In this document: positions 1-13,778 of the stretch, in pieces
Numbering within the stretch: position 1 is the stretch's first letter
Layout: every line of letters starts with the position of its first letter
Assembly (NCBI RefSeq): GCF_018977255.1
Contig: NW_024704742.1
Coordinates: forward strand, 64,110,001-64,174,000
Length of the DNA: 64,000 bases
DNA from: Callorhinchus milii
Lineage: Eukaryota
Direction of reading: 5' to 3'
Program-made: the position numbers and the translations under genes
The notes under the pieces: generated by a model
Database searches by the model: none
The model's input: the letters and a program-made list of their open reading frames with translations, nothing else
What the model was told of the DNA's origin: nothing

Positions 1-55
1 GCTGCCCCAGGGTTGTTACTTTTGGAATTTCAAGTTTTAACCATGGATAATTTAA

Positions 56-488
56 GTGTCAGCCTGCCTCAGTTGTCAGCACTTTCTCCTCTGAAGGTTG
101 TGGGTTCAAGTTTCACATCGGTATGGTGAACGCATATACAATACTGTGACACTCCAATGCAGTCCTGGGAGCATACTGCATCATTTGGAAGAGATGTCCT
201 TTGGTTGAAACTTTCAACCGAGGTCCTGTCTTCCTGTCCACATGGACGTTAGAGATCCCATGACACTCTTCAAAAAGAGAAGGGTGTTTCTCGCAGTGTT
301 CTGGCCAGCAATACCCCAGATAAAGTTGATTATTCTCCCTCGTGGCTGTTTGAGGGACATTGCTGTGTGCAAATTGGCTGTTGCATTTGCTTATAAAATA
401 CAGATATCACAGTAAATCATGTGAAGTGTTTTCAGACATCTCCCTGATTTGAAAGGCACTATATCAAATGCAAGAATTATTATTTATT
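56..488 (+). mobile_element. Family-A DeuSINE (SacSINE1-like), full length, diverged
   Basis: GTGTCAGCC..CTCAGTTG tRNA-like head with GGGTTCAAG B box. Deu-domain text (AACCGAGGTCCTGTC...GATCCCATGACACT...GCTGTTTGAGGGACATTGCTGTGTGCAAATTGGCTG). Tail ending ATCAAATGCAAG(ATT)n. Family name is from resemblance. Confidence 0.8.
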
Positions 489-3400
489 GTTACATTCAGC
501 TGGTGGGAAACAATGGGAAAGAGGTAGATGTGTACCAAGGAGAAAGGCATCATCTGCAGTAAAAAAAACATCCACCATAGAACTCCACCCAAAATAGGAA
601 AACTTCCAACTCTAGCAAGAAACTGGCACCTCACTGCATCATGTTTTAAATCAGTAACAATGCCCCATGAATATGCAGAATATGCTTATAATAACAATAA
701 TAGACCTTGAGTTTGATATACTGTCTTTCATGTTGGAAAGACTTTTCGAAGTGCTTCACAGGATTTTACTGTAGCGTGTTGTGTCTGGCCTGGCTTCAAA
801 CTACACCATTGTTAAGAGCTCCGAGACGCTACCCTGCTTGAAGGGCACTATAGAAGTGCAAGTTGTGCTGTATTTTGCAGGGAAACTAGCAGCCAGTTTG
901 CGCATAGCAATGTCCCACAAACAGCCATAAAGTGAAAGTTTATGTGGAACTTCACCTCACCCAACCTCTCAATGTACTGACACCATCAATGAGCAACACC
1001 TCGTGGTGACCACAATTGGGAGAATGACTGTCAACACACCTCGATCTTGTTATACTGTTTCACATTATCTACAGATACCACAGATTGGCGCTCTTTAGAA
1101 TTTGCTCAAGTATTTTTGCTATTGCATTCCATTAGAAACAATTATTGGACCGGGGAGAGTAAGATTTTGGCCATTTTTCTGTGGAATCAGCCGAGAAAAC
1201 ACGCCTTTTAATTAGGAATTACTTAGGACATATTCTTGGGTCTATCAATTTCAAAGCAAAGAAATCTGTTGCCTATAAACATATCGCCGTCTTGCCTATA
1301 AAAATATGCAGTCACTGCAGTCTACAGTAAATCCTGTGAAGTACTTTAAGACGGTTTATTCTTATCTCAACAAAAAACAAAATGGCAGTGAGAACGTTTC
1401 AGTCGGAAACCAGGACTCTGAGATGAACACTGCCACCTAGTGTCTGCTTCGTGTTCACACTGACTTGTATCAACTATCACAGAACCGCAAGATTAGGTCA
1501 GATGAACCTTCAGCCCATCTGATCTCATCCCTCCAGAACACTCACCCTGCTGTCCTCCCAGAACAGTACAAGCTGTTTTGTAAATGAGTCCAGTGTCCTG
1601 GCCTCAACTATCTTTCTTGGTATCCTGTTCCAGTTATTTTCTTACACACTTGGTAAAGAAAAACTTTCTCCAGATAATCTCAATTTGTCTCATGCTGCAA
1701 TTACCTTGTTTATAAGCAAAATCAAAGATCATTCTTTTGTTTTCCTCTTGTAGATAAAAGAAAATTAGATTTGGATTGGATTAGACTATTAAATCTATAC
1801 ATGTATCTATATAAATTTGATTTGGAAAGGGCAAGAGCTTCCAATTTACAGCTACAAATTGTAAATCCCACCAATATTGCCTGTCTTATTTCTTCTGCAT
1901 CAGAATCAAATCTTTTCAGATGTATTCAATCGGATATGTGCTCACAACTCATCAAAACACAACACAATTTATGTTACGAACAGCAATAAATACAGAAAAC
2001 TAACTTTGCAAGAGTTGATATGACATCGAATTACACAGAACTTTACAGCACAGAAATAGGCTGACCGATCCAATTAGTCCAGTGACAGTGTTTATACAAC
2101 TGGTGTTCATCCAGTCAATTGGCAGATTGCTTTTCCAGGGGTAATAATCCCTTTAAAAAACTTTTTTAAAATAATAATTTGTCTACTCAATCCACAACTG
2201 TTTGTGGGACACCCCTGTGCTCAATTGGCTGCCACATTTTGCCAACAAAATATTCAGTCAATTCAATTTACAACATATTCCATGAAGCACTTTGAGAGGT
2301 CTCAAAGCTAACATAAAGCAGCATGTCAAATGCAAACATTATTATTATTATACTCCACACAAGGCTCCACCTCTTCTAATCCCTTCTCCCTCTGTTCCAT
2401 TCATCTTCACATAAGTATACAGAACCTATCAAGGGAGAAAACAACACAGTTTTGTTTTAATTCACCCAATGATTCATTGTAATCAGATAAACAAATTTAA
2501 AAATATTTTTGCTGCGCTGTGATCTCTTCAATCTTCATACTCTGTGTGCTTACTTCATTAAATAATAGATTAATGTTCCACGTTGATACAAACAGTTCCT
2601 CATCTCTGCTGACTTACAGGACAATATAAATAAGATTCATTACCTTCTTAATTCCTCAGCAGTTCAGGGTGAGATAATTGGCTAACCAGTACATTGTGAT
2701 GCCATCAGCTATGGGAAGATTTACTTGAAGAGAAAACATGAATTTGGGTCTTGCTAAAAGGGCTGCTCCAAAATATTTCCAACAAGAGCCAGAGAGGCAG
2801 CATTATGGACTGAGTACCATTTTTGGATACCTATAGAAGGATATTAGGTTGAACAACAACAACTCGCATTCATGTAGAGCATAGGTTCTCAGCTTCAAAG
2901 TAAAGCAGTCATAGTGTGAACCCGTCAGGTTCTCTTGGTGTGCAGAACAAAGTCTGAGCTGCTATATAGGGGATAACTTCTTGTGGTATATTTGGTGAAC
3001 TGCTCAACAGGAGAGAATGGAATAATTTGGCAAAGTGCTCTCCTAATCTAGGTTTGCTTTCATCAACATGGAATTGAACTACTATGTGAGCAGGGAATAG
3101 GGCATAGAAATTGGAGGAGGCACATGATAAATTGCTGTCTCATAAAGGAAGAATGATTGGGGCCAATGACAGCAGTAGGCTGGCAATGAAGGGAAGGGAC
3201 GAGTGGTGTATCTGCTAAGGTTACAAGAGAAGGTGTCTCGGGAAGAGTTATCAGTGGTGGAGAAAATGGCAGAGCAGAGTAGAGGTGTTCTGAAGGGACT
3301 TCAATTCCGATATGATCTCAGCATCTTAAAGATGGGAATCTACAAAGTACACAGTCACTACACTTTACAGTTTTATTTGGTCAGCTGGGTGTCTGACACA

Positions 3401-3930
3401 TACAGAAAACCTATCACTGCATTTAAGAGTAACCTGAGAGTTCCACATGTGTATACCACCTACAGGAGAATCCTCCCAACAGAATGAAAGGTGCTGTATC
3501 AAATATAAGAATTGTTTTGTTTAAAAAAAAACAGGGGTGGGTGGAGAGGGAGAGAGGGGATAAAAGATCTGGGAACAAAACGACTGCTGTCAATTTTATT
3601 CCTCACCCCTCCCAGCAGACAGTGGAGTGAACTGGAAGAAATATTTCAATTGAAACAAAAGTGAACATTTAATCAATCCAGCAGTTATTAATCACAACAG
3701 GATCTCATTTTGTTTTTAATACCTTTGGATAATTAAAACTATTGTATGCTTCTTTGTCATTTAGATTACTAAATGAGTGATGTGATGCAGAAAATTAGGT
3801 TTGCTGTGATAATTAAAGATATTGAGATCTCTTCTTGTTAAAAACCTGGGCGTCTGCTCACTTCACTTGCAAATTATTTGACCGAAAGGAGTTGTAAGCA
3901 TCATTTCTACATGGAGAATGATAACCTTGG

Positions 3931-4800
3931 CAACAGCAACAACAACAAAATTACATTTGCCTTTCACATCAGGAGGATGTCCCAAGGTGCTAGATAGTCA
4001 GGGATTTGGACCCAAGCTGGGGGTTGAGATGAAGTTAGGTGGGGGTAGGAGGGTGACCAAATGCATGATCGAAGAGGAGAGTCTTGAGACGGGCCTTGAC
4101 AGAGGCAAATGAGGGGAAGCAGTGAAGGGACTGTGGGATGGAGTTCCAAAACAACAACAAAATTACATTTGTATAGCACCTTTCGTGGCAGGAGGACGTC
4201 CCAGGCTGCAGCGTTCTGGATGATCTGCAGCCAACGGAGGGAGGAGTTGGGGAGGCCGACAAGCATTGAGTTTGCATAGCCAATCCTGGATATAATGAAA
4301 GCATGTATGAGGGTTTTGGCGGCCTGTGGCATGAGACAGTGGCGGAGCCGGGCGATGTTGCTGGGGTGGGGGAAAGCAGAGCGGGTCATAGCACAGATGT
4401 TGAGTAGAAAAGATAGTTGAGGGTCAAACAAGATGCCAAGGTTCCAGACTGTCTTAGTGAGGTGGAGTGTGCAACCATGGATGGTGAGGCTGTCAGTGCC
4501 TGAGGTGTTGAGGTGCTGACAGGAGACAATCAGGAGAGCCTCGGTCTTGTTGACTTTCAACTGAAGAAAGTTAGCTCTCATCCAGGACTTGATGTCTGAT
4601 AGACGTTCTGTCAGGACAGCAGTGGTCCTGGAGTCGAGGGTGGAGGCAGAGAGATGGAGTTGGGTGTCATCTGCATACATGTGGAAGTTGACCCCATGTC
4701 TTCGGATGACAAAAGAAAGAGAGGCTGAAGGCTCGACCACCAATGGTGGGGCGGGCCAGGCGAGGGACATGGAGCAGGCTGGAGCCTGCTGAGCAGAGGG
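3931..4800 (-). mobile_element. Stacked L2 3' fragments (about 3931-4147, 4148-4710, 4730-4800)
   Basis: YADDTQL at 4657-4677, WMRANFLQLK, NLGILFDPQLSF; two (TTG)n tails. Confidence 0.88.
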
Positions 4801-5554
4801 AGCAGACAAGTCAATGTGGGGTAAGCAGGTCACATAGGTAGGGAGGAGCAAGACGCAATGTGTAGCCACTGTATTTTGTAGGTGTATATTACAGCCAATT
4901 CGTGCATATCCAGCAATATCCCACAATCAGCCATGAAGTGAATGATCAATTTTATCTGGGGCAATAGTGGCTGGGAGCTAGGAGAAACTCCCTTCTCTTT
5001 TCGAGTAGGGCTACGTGACCTTGAAGAGGCAGAAGCGACCTCGGTTTAACATCTCATCCGAAGGACACTGGTGGGAAAGCTTCCACTATTCTACCTCCCT
5101 TCTCGGGCACTCCACTCTAGAGTTCCTTCTCCTCTTTTCATCTGCACTTTAGGTCACCTCCTCCTATAGCCCTGCTCATGTACCCAGTCAGATGTGTCAA
5201 GTGCTTTGAGATGTCCTCCTGATATGGAAGGCACTACATGAATTTAAATTGTTGTTGACGTGTGCGTTTTTTTAAAATTATTAAACAATATCCATTAGAA
5301 ATATAGTAACAACCGTGACTCTAGACAACTCTGGCGTGTTGCACAATGGAAAGAGTGGGAAGACTGCAGCTCTCCATAGCCACACACATGCAGCCTGAAA
5401 TCTTACTCATTATGCAGCATGGGGAACAGCGACAGACCCAACCAGCTCACTCCCTCGTCTGTCACTCTCTCACCTGTAGGGAAGGAGCACCAGCTGCACT
5501 AGCAAATGTCTCTCTAGTTATTTCCTAAGGCTTTTTTTTCAAAAACCTTTCAGA

Positions 5555-5954
5555 AATAATAATAATAATCCTTGCATTTGATATAGTTGTTGAGACATCT
5601 CAAAGCACTTCACAGCATGTACTGTAAAGTGGATAGAATATTACAGCATAGAAGGAGGACATTCAGCCCAACATGCCTGTACCCAATTGACTGGATATTT
5701 TGTGGGCAAAATGCAGCAGCCAATTGCACACAGCAGTGTCCCACAAACAGTCGTGGATTGAGTCACCACATTTTTTTTGAGGGGATTATTAATGCTGGGA
5801 AGGTGATCTGGAATCAACTAACAATCGGGCTCCTACTTTCTGATAGGCAAACAGAAGTAAGGAAACTTGTCTAAGGTTTTGCCCTGCCGTAGAATTGAAC
5901 CCAGATCCTCTCACTTGTGTGGGAAGTGCTCTAACCACTGAGCTACAGGACTCC
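5555..5954 (-). mobile_element. Family-B SINE, long older form
   Basis: GGAGTCCTGTAGCTCAGTGG head, extra central segment, (TTA)n tail. Confidence 0.8.
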
Positions 5955-6004
5955 ATAGACTAGGAATTACAGGCTACAAATATGTTTACAAATACACAGC
6001 ACTA

Positions 6005-6282
6005 CATGTTCCCGCCCCACCATCGGCAATCGGGCTTTCAGCCTCTCTGCCTCCACCCTTTGGAACTCCATCCCACAGTCCCATCGCCCCCCTCCCTTAC
6101 TTCCTTCAAGGTCTGCCTCAAGACCCTTCTCTTCGACCGTTCCTTCAGTAACCCTCCTATCCCTAGTCTCCCTGCCCTCTACTCCTCCTGATCCCAAACC
6201 CCTGCTCGGGTCCAAATCCCTGACTGTCCAACCCCCAACGTGAAAGGCACTAAACAAATGTAATTTGCTGTTGTTGTTGTTT
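6005..6282 (+). mobile_element. L2 3' fragment
   Basis: LWNSIP...FKVCLKTLLFDRSF-type end with a (TTG)n tail. Confidence 0.8.
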
Positions 6283-7749
6283 ACAGTAACATCATGTGAA
6301 GAGCTTTGAGATGTTTTGATGACATTATAAGGTGCTGTATCAAGTGCAAAGATTATTATCACTAAAAATAGAATTAAAAAATTATGGAATCTTCAAGGAT
6401 GAGAGGAGTTAGGCGAACATCTGGCACATATTATAATATAATAATCCTTTTATTTGATATAACGCTTTTCACATCTCCTAGACGGCCCGTTCCAATGGTT
6501 TTCAAAAAAAATCGGGCCCAGCAATTTGATATAGTTGTTGAGACATCTCAAGGTAAATTTGTAGGCAAATCTCAAGGCAAGTTTGTAGGCAAATGCAGCA
6601 CCCGATTTGGTCATTGCAAGGCTCCACAACAGCCGTAGAGTAAATTACCAATTTTTCTGGATGAATGTTGGCCAGAACAACTGGAAAAACTCCATTCTCT
6701 TTTCACACAGTGCCATGGGAGCATCTAAATATTCATCTAAACAGTTAGACAGCAATTAAGGTTAACGTCTCATTCGAAGCACAACCTCTTTAGTAACACA
6801 GCAGAATAGTGGCTAAAATGTTAGCCGGAAACAGAATGACAGATCTTTGTACATAAAGATTTCTGTACAATACAATAAGGTTTATACTTATGTTGTGCCT
6901 TTCGTGTCAGGAGGATTCACACTGCTGTCCCGGCTTCCGAGGTGGGGGTGGAAGCCGATGGAGGAGATAGACAGGGGAAAGAAGATCGAAATGCGGTCAA
7001 AGTGTTAGGTCTTGAGACGGATGTTGAATGAGGTGCGGAAAGGAGAATACAGCAGAAAAGTCACCACAGCCTCTCTATTTGTTCTGGGGATGGTAAATTT
7101 ATTTTCAAGTATGTCAATCCATCTATCAAGATAAATAGGCTGCCTGGTGTTTCCTGCTTTAGGGAAGTTCATGATCTCCAGCAACTTTCCACCAATTCTC
7201 TGAGAAGCTGAGCAGTCACATCCCTACAATAATTGATTAATTTCAACTCAACCCAAATTTTTATCCTGGGAAGAAATTGCAATCTCCCACCACCTCAAAG
7301 CAATAATCAAAATCCGAATTACTATAACTGTTGTAGATAATCTAAATGGACAAATAAACTGTATTATTTGCTTCTGACTTCAGAAATGCAGTAAGGGGAA
7401 ACTCACTCTATATTTTAATGGAGTTGACAGTTCCTGACAGTGTTAACATTGTGCTCTTGAGGAACCATCATAACATTTACAAGGCAATAAACAGAACCTA
7501 AAGTAAAATAGGCATGGCTTCCCGGTGCTTCTACACATTCTCTGTATGGCTCTTTACATTGTAATCTGTTAACCTATTCAGTGGAAGTCTTCAATCCACA
7601 TGTAGCTTTTCAACACAATGCTCTTTCAGTTACTTGCAACAAATTTGGAGTCCTGTAGCTCAGTGGTTACAGCGTTCGCCTCGCACGTGAGAGCAACTGG
7701 GTTTGATTACCAGGCAGGGTGAAACGTTAGGTAAGGTTCCTTACCCCGG

Positions 7750-10185
7750 GGGCTAACCTCTCCTCCCTCATCTGCATCCCCACCCTCCCTCCCAACCATT
7801 CCACTAACTGTCCACTCCGCACTGGACTTCAAAATGTCTGCTCCATCTCCAACAAGACCATGGCCTTCAATGAACTCATCCTCGATGAGAACATTGACAT
7901 CATGGCACTCACAGAAACCCGGATCATCCCAGGTGACACCTTTCCTGTGCGCAATTGGCTGCCGTGTTCGCCCACAAATATATGGTCAATTCACTTTACA
8001 GTATATTCTGTGAAGCGCTTTGAGATGTCTACAAGACGTGAAAAGCGCTATATCAAATGCAAGGATTATTATTATTATTATATTTCCCCTCACTGAGGCC
8101 ACACCACCCGGTTACACTTACCACCATACCCCATGCCCTAACCGTCGTGGTGGTGGTGTGGCCCTCATATCCACGGCATCACTTGCCCTATCCCCCTACT
8201 CCACCAGCTCACTCCCCTCCTTCGAACACCTTACCCTCTGCCATCCCTCCCATTTCTCTCTGAAAATTCTCTTACTTCTACCGCCCGTGGAAGAAGATCT
8301 CCTCGCAATCCCTCTCTGCTACCCTGGAGTCCTCTGATCTCCTCCCCCTCTGGCCCACCTCCCGCAACAATCCACTCACTGCACTCACTCTTCTCCACAG
8401 CACCCTCTCCACCACACTCGACATCCTTGCCTCCCTCACCTCCTGAATTGCCTCCTATTCCCAATCCTCACCCTGGTTCACCAGCCACCTCCGCTCGCTT
8501 AAGGGCCAGATGCGGTCTGCCGAATGCACTTCAACACGGTATCCTCTATGAAGTCCACAACCTGCTCCCTCGACCCCATCCCTACCCCTCTCCTTAAATC
8601 CCAGCCCCACCTCCTTGCCCCACTACTCGCCGACATCATTAACTTCTCCCTGTCATCTGGCACTGTTCCTTCCCCCCTCAAAACAGTCACTATCACCCCC
8701 ACCTTGAAGAAACCTTCCCTTGACCCATCACAGCTATCCAGCTACCGGCCCATCTCAAACCTCCCCTTCCTATCCAAGGTCCTTGAGAGAGCCGTTGCCT
8801 CCCAGCTTCGCTCTTTCCTCTCCTCTCCCTCCCTCTGTGAACCCCTCCAATCGGGTTTCTGTGCTGCCCACAGCACGGAAACTGCTCTGGTCAAGGTCAC
8901 AAACGACACCCTGACCATGTGTGACCAGGGCTCCCTCTGCCTCCTCGTCCTCTCCGCCGCCTTTGACATCGTGGACCACTCAATCCTCCCCCACCGGCTC
9001 TCCTCCCACCTCAACCTTCAAGGTTCTGCCCTTGACTGGTTCAGTTCCTAACTTTCACACCGCCTCCACCGTCGCGGCAAACAGCTTCCCCTCCAGCCCC
9101 CACACTGTCTCATGCGGTGTTCCTCAGGGCTCTGACCTCGGGCCCCTCCTCTTCACCCTCTACATGCTCCCTCTTGGTGACATCATCCGCAGGTAAATTT
9201 CCACATGTATGCGGATGACACCCAACTCTATCTCTCTGGTTCCACCCTGAACTCCAGGACTACTGGCGTCCTGACTGACTGCCTGTCTGACATCAAGTCG
9301 GGGACGACTTTCTCCAACTCAACATCAGCAAGACCAAGGCCCTCCAGATTGGCTCACGCCAGCGCCTCCGCACCTCAGGCGCTGGCAGCATCAGCCTTCA
9401 CAGCTGTACACTCAACCTCACTAACCCAGTCAGGAACCTGGGTATCCTGTTTGACCCTGAACTGTCCTCTCTACCCCACATCTGCTCCATGACCAGCACT
9501 GCCTACACCACCTCCACAATGTTGCCAGACTCCGCCACTGCCTCACCCCTCAGGCTCCGAAACCCTCACCCATGCATTTGTCACATCAAGGCTCGATTAC
9601 AGGAACTCCCTCCTCATCGGCCTTCCCAACTCTTCCCTTCACAAGCTGCTGATCATCCAAAACTCTGCAGCTCATGTACTCTCACGCACCAGGCCCCGTG
9701 GCCCAATCACTCCCACCCTCGCCCGACTCCACTGGCTCCCCATCCCCCAGAAGATCGAGTTTAAGATCCTCGTCCTCACTTTCAAGGCCATCCATGGCCT
9801 TGCCCCCTCCTACCTCTCTGACCTGCTGATCCCTTCCAACCTGCCCACTCCCTCCGTTCAGTGGGCTCCGGCCTGCTCCATGTTTCCCGCCCGACCCTCC
9901 CTACCATCGGTGGCCGGGCTTTTAGCCTCTCTGCCCCCACACTCTGGAACTCCATCCCACGGTCCCTTCACCTCGCTTCCTCCCTTGTCTCCTTCAAGGC
10001 CGGTCTCAAGACCCTTCTCTTCGACCGTGCCTTTGGTCTCCCTCCCACCTCTCTGCTTTCCCTCACCCCTACACCACCACCCCTCCCCCATGCTCGGGTC
10101 CTAACCCCTGACTCTTCAGCGCTTTGGGACCTCCTCCTGATGTGAAAGGAGCTCTATAAATGTAAGTTTGTTGTTGTTGGTGTTG
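7750..10185 (+). mobile_element. L2-clade LINE, degenerate and internally deleted, from ORF2 endonuclease to 3' end
   Basis: APE endonuclease motifs (DIMALTET; PPGY...RGGGVA). RT motifs: YRPISNLPFLSKVLE, QSGF, HSTETAL, GVPQGSxLGPLLF, YADD at 9208-9219. L2-type C-terminus and a (TTG)n tail. Frameshifted; interrupted by a SINE tail at 7946-8082. Confidence 0.92.
7946..8082 (+). mobile_element. 5'-truncated family-B SINE inserted into the L2 endonuclease region
   Basis: SINE tail ending (TTA)n; TSD TTTCC at 7941-7945 and 8083-8087; L2 peptide continues across it (GDTF|PLTEATPPGY). Confidence 0.85.
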
Positions 10186-10200
10186 ATGACCGCCAGCTTT

Positions 10201-10775
10201 ACAACAACAACAACTTGGATTTATATATTGAGCCCTCCACGCCGGACGGTATCTTTAAAGATGTGGGAATAGTACCAGTGGACAGAGAGAGGATTATGAT
10301 GTCTGTGAGTAGAGGGGCAAGGAGGTGGAGCTGGGAGCTAAGGAGAGGGTTAGGGATGGTGTTGAGCGAGCAGGTGGTTGATTTCATTCGGGTTATAGTG
10401 GTGATGAGGGAGGAGTGGGAGACAAGTTCGAAGGTGTAGAGGGAGGGCTGGGTAGGGGCCATGGTGGGAGGGCGAGATGGGGAGGGGCTAGTAGACATAA
10501 GGGCAGAGGCAGCTGAGTGGATCCCCTCCACTTTGGATACATACAGCATCGCCTCGCAGTTGGAGGAAAGGATGGGCGAAGTGAGAGAGGGTGGGCGGAG
10601 GAGCCGGTTGGTGATGGAGAAGAAGAGCCTTGCGTTGTCCTTGGCCTCCAAGATTGCCTTGGAATAGAATGATGATCTAGCAGAGGTGAGGGTGGATTGG
10701 TAAGATTTGATAAGGTCCAGCCAGATTTGCCGATGGACCGTTAAGTTCGACTTAAGCCAGGTGCGTTCAGCAGCT
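10201..10775 (-). mobile_element. L2 ORF2 mid-region fragment joined directly to a 3' tail
   Basis: ORF 10199..10651 contains MKSTTCSL...LLAPLLTDII, homologous to 8548-8680; (TTG)n tail at 10201-10215. Confidence 0.8.
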
Positions 10776-13009
10776 GTGCTCTAACCAATGAGCTACAGAA
10801 CTCCATATCCTTTTACTGCCGCAAATTGACCCACAAAATAGACAGTCAGTACATTTTACAGTATATTCTGTGAAGTGCTTTGAGACATCGCAAAGATGTG
10901 ATGAGACACTAAATCAAATGCAAGGATTATTGTTATTATTACCTAACAAAAATCTATCCACCTCAGTCTTGAAAATGCGCTAGAACACCACCGTTGAAGA
11001 GATCAAGGAGGATTTCCCAGGTACATTAAGTCTGTGTAGTGGCTTCAAAATTATTTATTTGCTTTTATATTTTTCTTATCATACTTTTCTGAATCACAGC
11101 AAAATTCGCACTCGTCCTGCCCCAGGTATATAATTTTTTTACCTGTACGGGTGCATTGTGTTCATGATATGTTTGAACTACAATATATTTACATTTCTGT
11201 CGTGTCTTATATTTCAAAGAATGTCTCCAAGCATTTTATACAGTGGAGGAGGTAAAGCAGTTGAGGGGAGGGGAACATGAATGAAAGCAAGGTCAAAGAT
11301 GTAAGTGTTGAGGCAATGGAGAGGGAGGCAATGAGCAAGGCATAAGGACTCCGGGGATGAATCTTTCAAATCTCATCCATCTGAGGATAGGACTTTTACC
11401 CCAATATCTGTTAAATCTCACTATTCTCCCATTCCTACACCTCATTATCCTTTTATATTGTTTTTCTTTTCAGATATTGGTTTATCTTAAATAATAATAA
11501 TACTTTCACTTGATATAGTGCCTTATCATGTCATTGTCTCAAAGCTCTTCACAGAATACATTGTAAAGTGAATTGACTGTGTATTTTGTGGGTGAAATGC
11601 AGCAGCCAATTGCACACAGCAGTGTCCCACAAACAGTAGTGATTTGAGTGACCAAATTATTATTTGTAAAAAATTTTTTTGAAGGCCAGGGACACAATAC
11701 GACTATGAATCAAACAGATTTTTTGCTAAGTTCTGTGAAACACTGTTCATTACTAGTGTCCTTTCAGAATAATTATGCTCACTTGCACTTTGAATGTGTT
11801 CTGGAGAAGCAACTGGAAAGCAGGCTCGAATGTGTGCTCATCAGATGTGTGGCTTTATGTACATGCGTGGGCAGGCTAGTTATTGCTGACAATTGAGTTA
11901 AAGTGGATCATCAGAGCTATACAATAGTGTGAGCCTAAATTTCCCTCTTAATGGATGTTTGGATTTAAATCCATTGGGAATCATCTGCACATTTCCATGC
12001 TAAAATACTAATAATCTTTGTTCCATTTTTAGCCATCAGTACATTTAACTGGATTAAGTGACCACATTTTTGTTTGAAGGGTTAATACTCCTGGAAAAAC
12101 GATCTGCAAATTAATCTGCCAATTTGCCAACAACAGGGTTCTTATCTACTGCGGGGTAAACAGAGGCGTGTGGAGTAAGGAACTTGCCTAAGGTTTCGCC
12201 CTGCCTGGGATCTGAACCCAGGTCCTCTCACTTGCAAGGCCAGTTCGCTACAAAAAAATTGCAAACATCTTTCTTGGTTTTCATGCTTTTATTTAGCAAA
12301 TACCATATGACTGGTCCCACTAAACATGGCTGATTTATTTTACCAGCTCTAAAGAGCATGTGAAGGAAAATTCTTTCATTGATTTTAGTTCAAACTGGGC
12401 TCTGTGAAAGAACTGGAAATACAATAGTCAATTCATTTACTGTTTAAAAACCCCAAGGCAGCTGAATAAAAGGACACAAGTTCAGGGTTGCAAAAAGGGC
12501 AGGTTAAGGACAGACATGATGAAGCATTTCTTTCCCCAGAGGGGAACTGGTTACCAGGAAAGATGGGTGCAGTGAAAATACTGGTTTCATTTGCAAAACA
12601 ATTCAATGCTGTGATGGGAGGATGGTCAGCTGGGTATCCCGGAATGAGATGAATTAATGGATGATTTCAAATAATAATAATATAATAATCCTTAATAATC
12701 CTTACCAGCTGGTTAGACTCCAACAATACCCAAATTCACACTCTGGGGTCCCCAAGTCTTGGCTTTTGGTAAGCAGGAAGCATCGCTCCAGAGAGAGAGT
12801 ACCCATTCCATTCCAACAATTTACTCTGGAATTTCCACATGTATGTGGGATACATGGAATGCTCAGCTTGGTTTGGATACTGTTTTAACAACAACAAATT
12901 ACATTTCTATAGTGCCTTTCACATTGGGAGGACGTCCCAAAGCGTTGGATATCCTTAAGCATGGTAATAGATTTCTGCATGTGACAGACACTGGACTGAC
13001 TACCCTTCC

Positions 13010-13380
13010 ATGTCAGAAGACGTCTCAAAGTCAGTCACAGAACGTACTGTAAGGTGGAGTGACTATGTGTTTTGTGGGAGAACGTGGCAGCCAATTTGCG
13101 CAAAGCAATATCCCCAAAACAGCCATGGAGTTCATGATCAATTTTCTTGGGGAATTGTTGGCCAGAACCCCAAGAGTAACTCCCCTTTGTTTTCAAATTA
13201 TGCAATGAGATATTTAATGTCTACCTGAGCAGAGAGACAAAACCTTGTTTTAACACTTCATCCAAAGTGCGGCACCTCTGACAGTGCAGCACACCTCCAG
13301 CACTACATTGGAGTGTCACCTTAGATTATATACATTCCAAGTCCCGAGTGGGGCTTCAACTCACAACCTTCTGATTCAAA
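13010..13380 (-). mobile_element. Family-A DeuSINE
   Basis: Homologous to 56-488. Confidence 0.78.
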
Positions 13381-13778
13381 TGGGCCAAAGGGTCATCTTC
13401 ATCTGAACATCTCTCATGACAGTGTAAAAAGTCCGCTGCTGAATTCATTCATTAAAATAATTAGCAGTTCTTGCTCTTTTTCCCCAATGGTATTGTGTTA
13501 AAATTCAGCAGTTTGACTACATTTTTTTTAAAGTACAGTTATTTGGAAATGAACTGAATTTGAACACGTAATGCTCGTGAGATGCATGTATCCAACAATT
13601 GTTTCAATTCCAAATTAGCGCTGCTCAGAGATCTTTCTTGTGGTTAGGACACAGGGATTTGTACCGTCCATTACTCGTGAAACAGGCCTTCATGAACAAA
13701 ATAATAATAAATTAACTCTTGTATTTGTTACAGCGCCTTATCATGTCATTGAGACACGTCAAAGCACTTCATAGATTA

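Noticed and set aside
3964..4926. 320-aa RT-like ORF as an intact or domesticated gene
   Set aside because: Accidental read-through across a SINE and three separate L2 fragments; RT is incomplete.
6545..6594. 24-bp tandem duplication; similar small duplications at about 47510-47545, 52620-52695 and 59544-59572
   Set aside because: Ordinary local slippage with no further structure.
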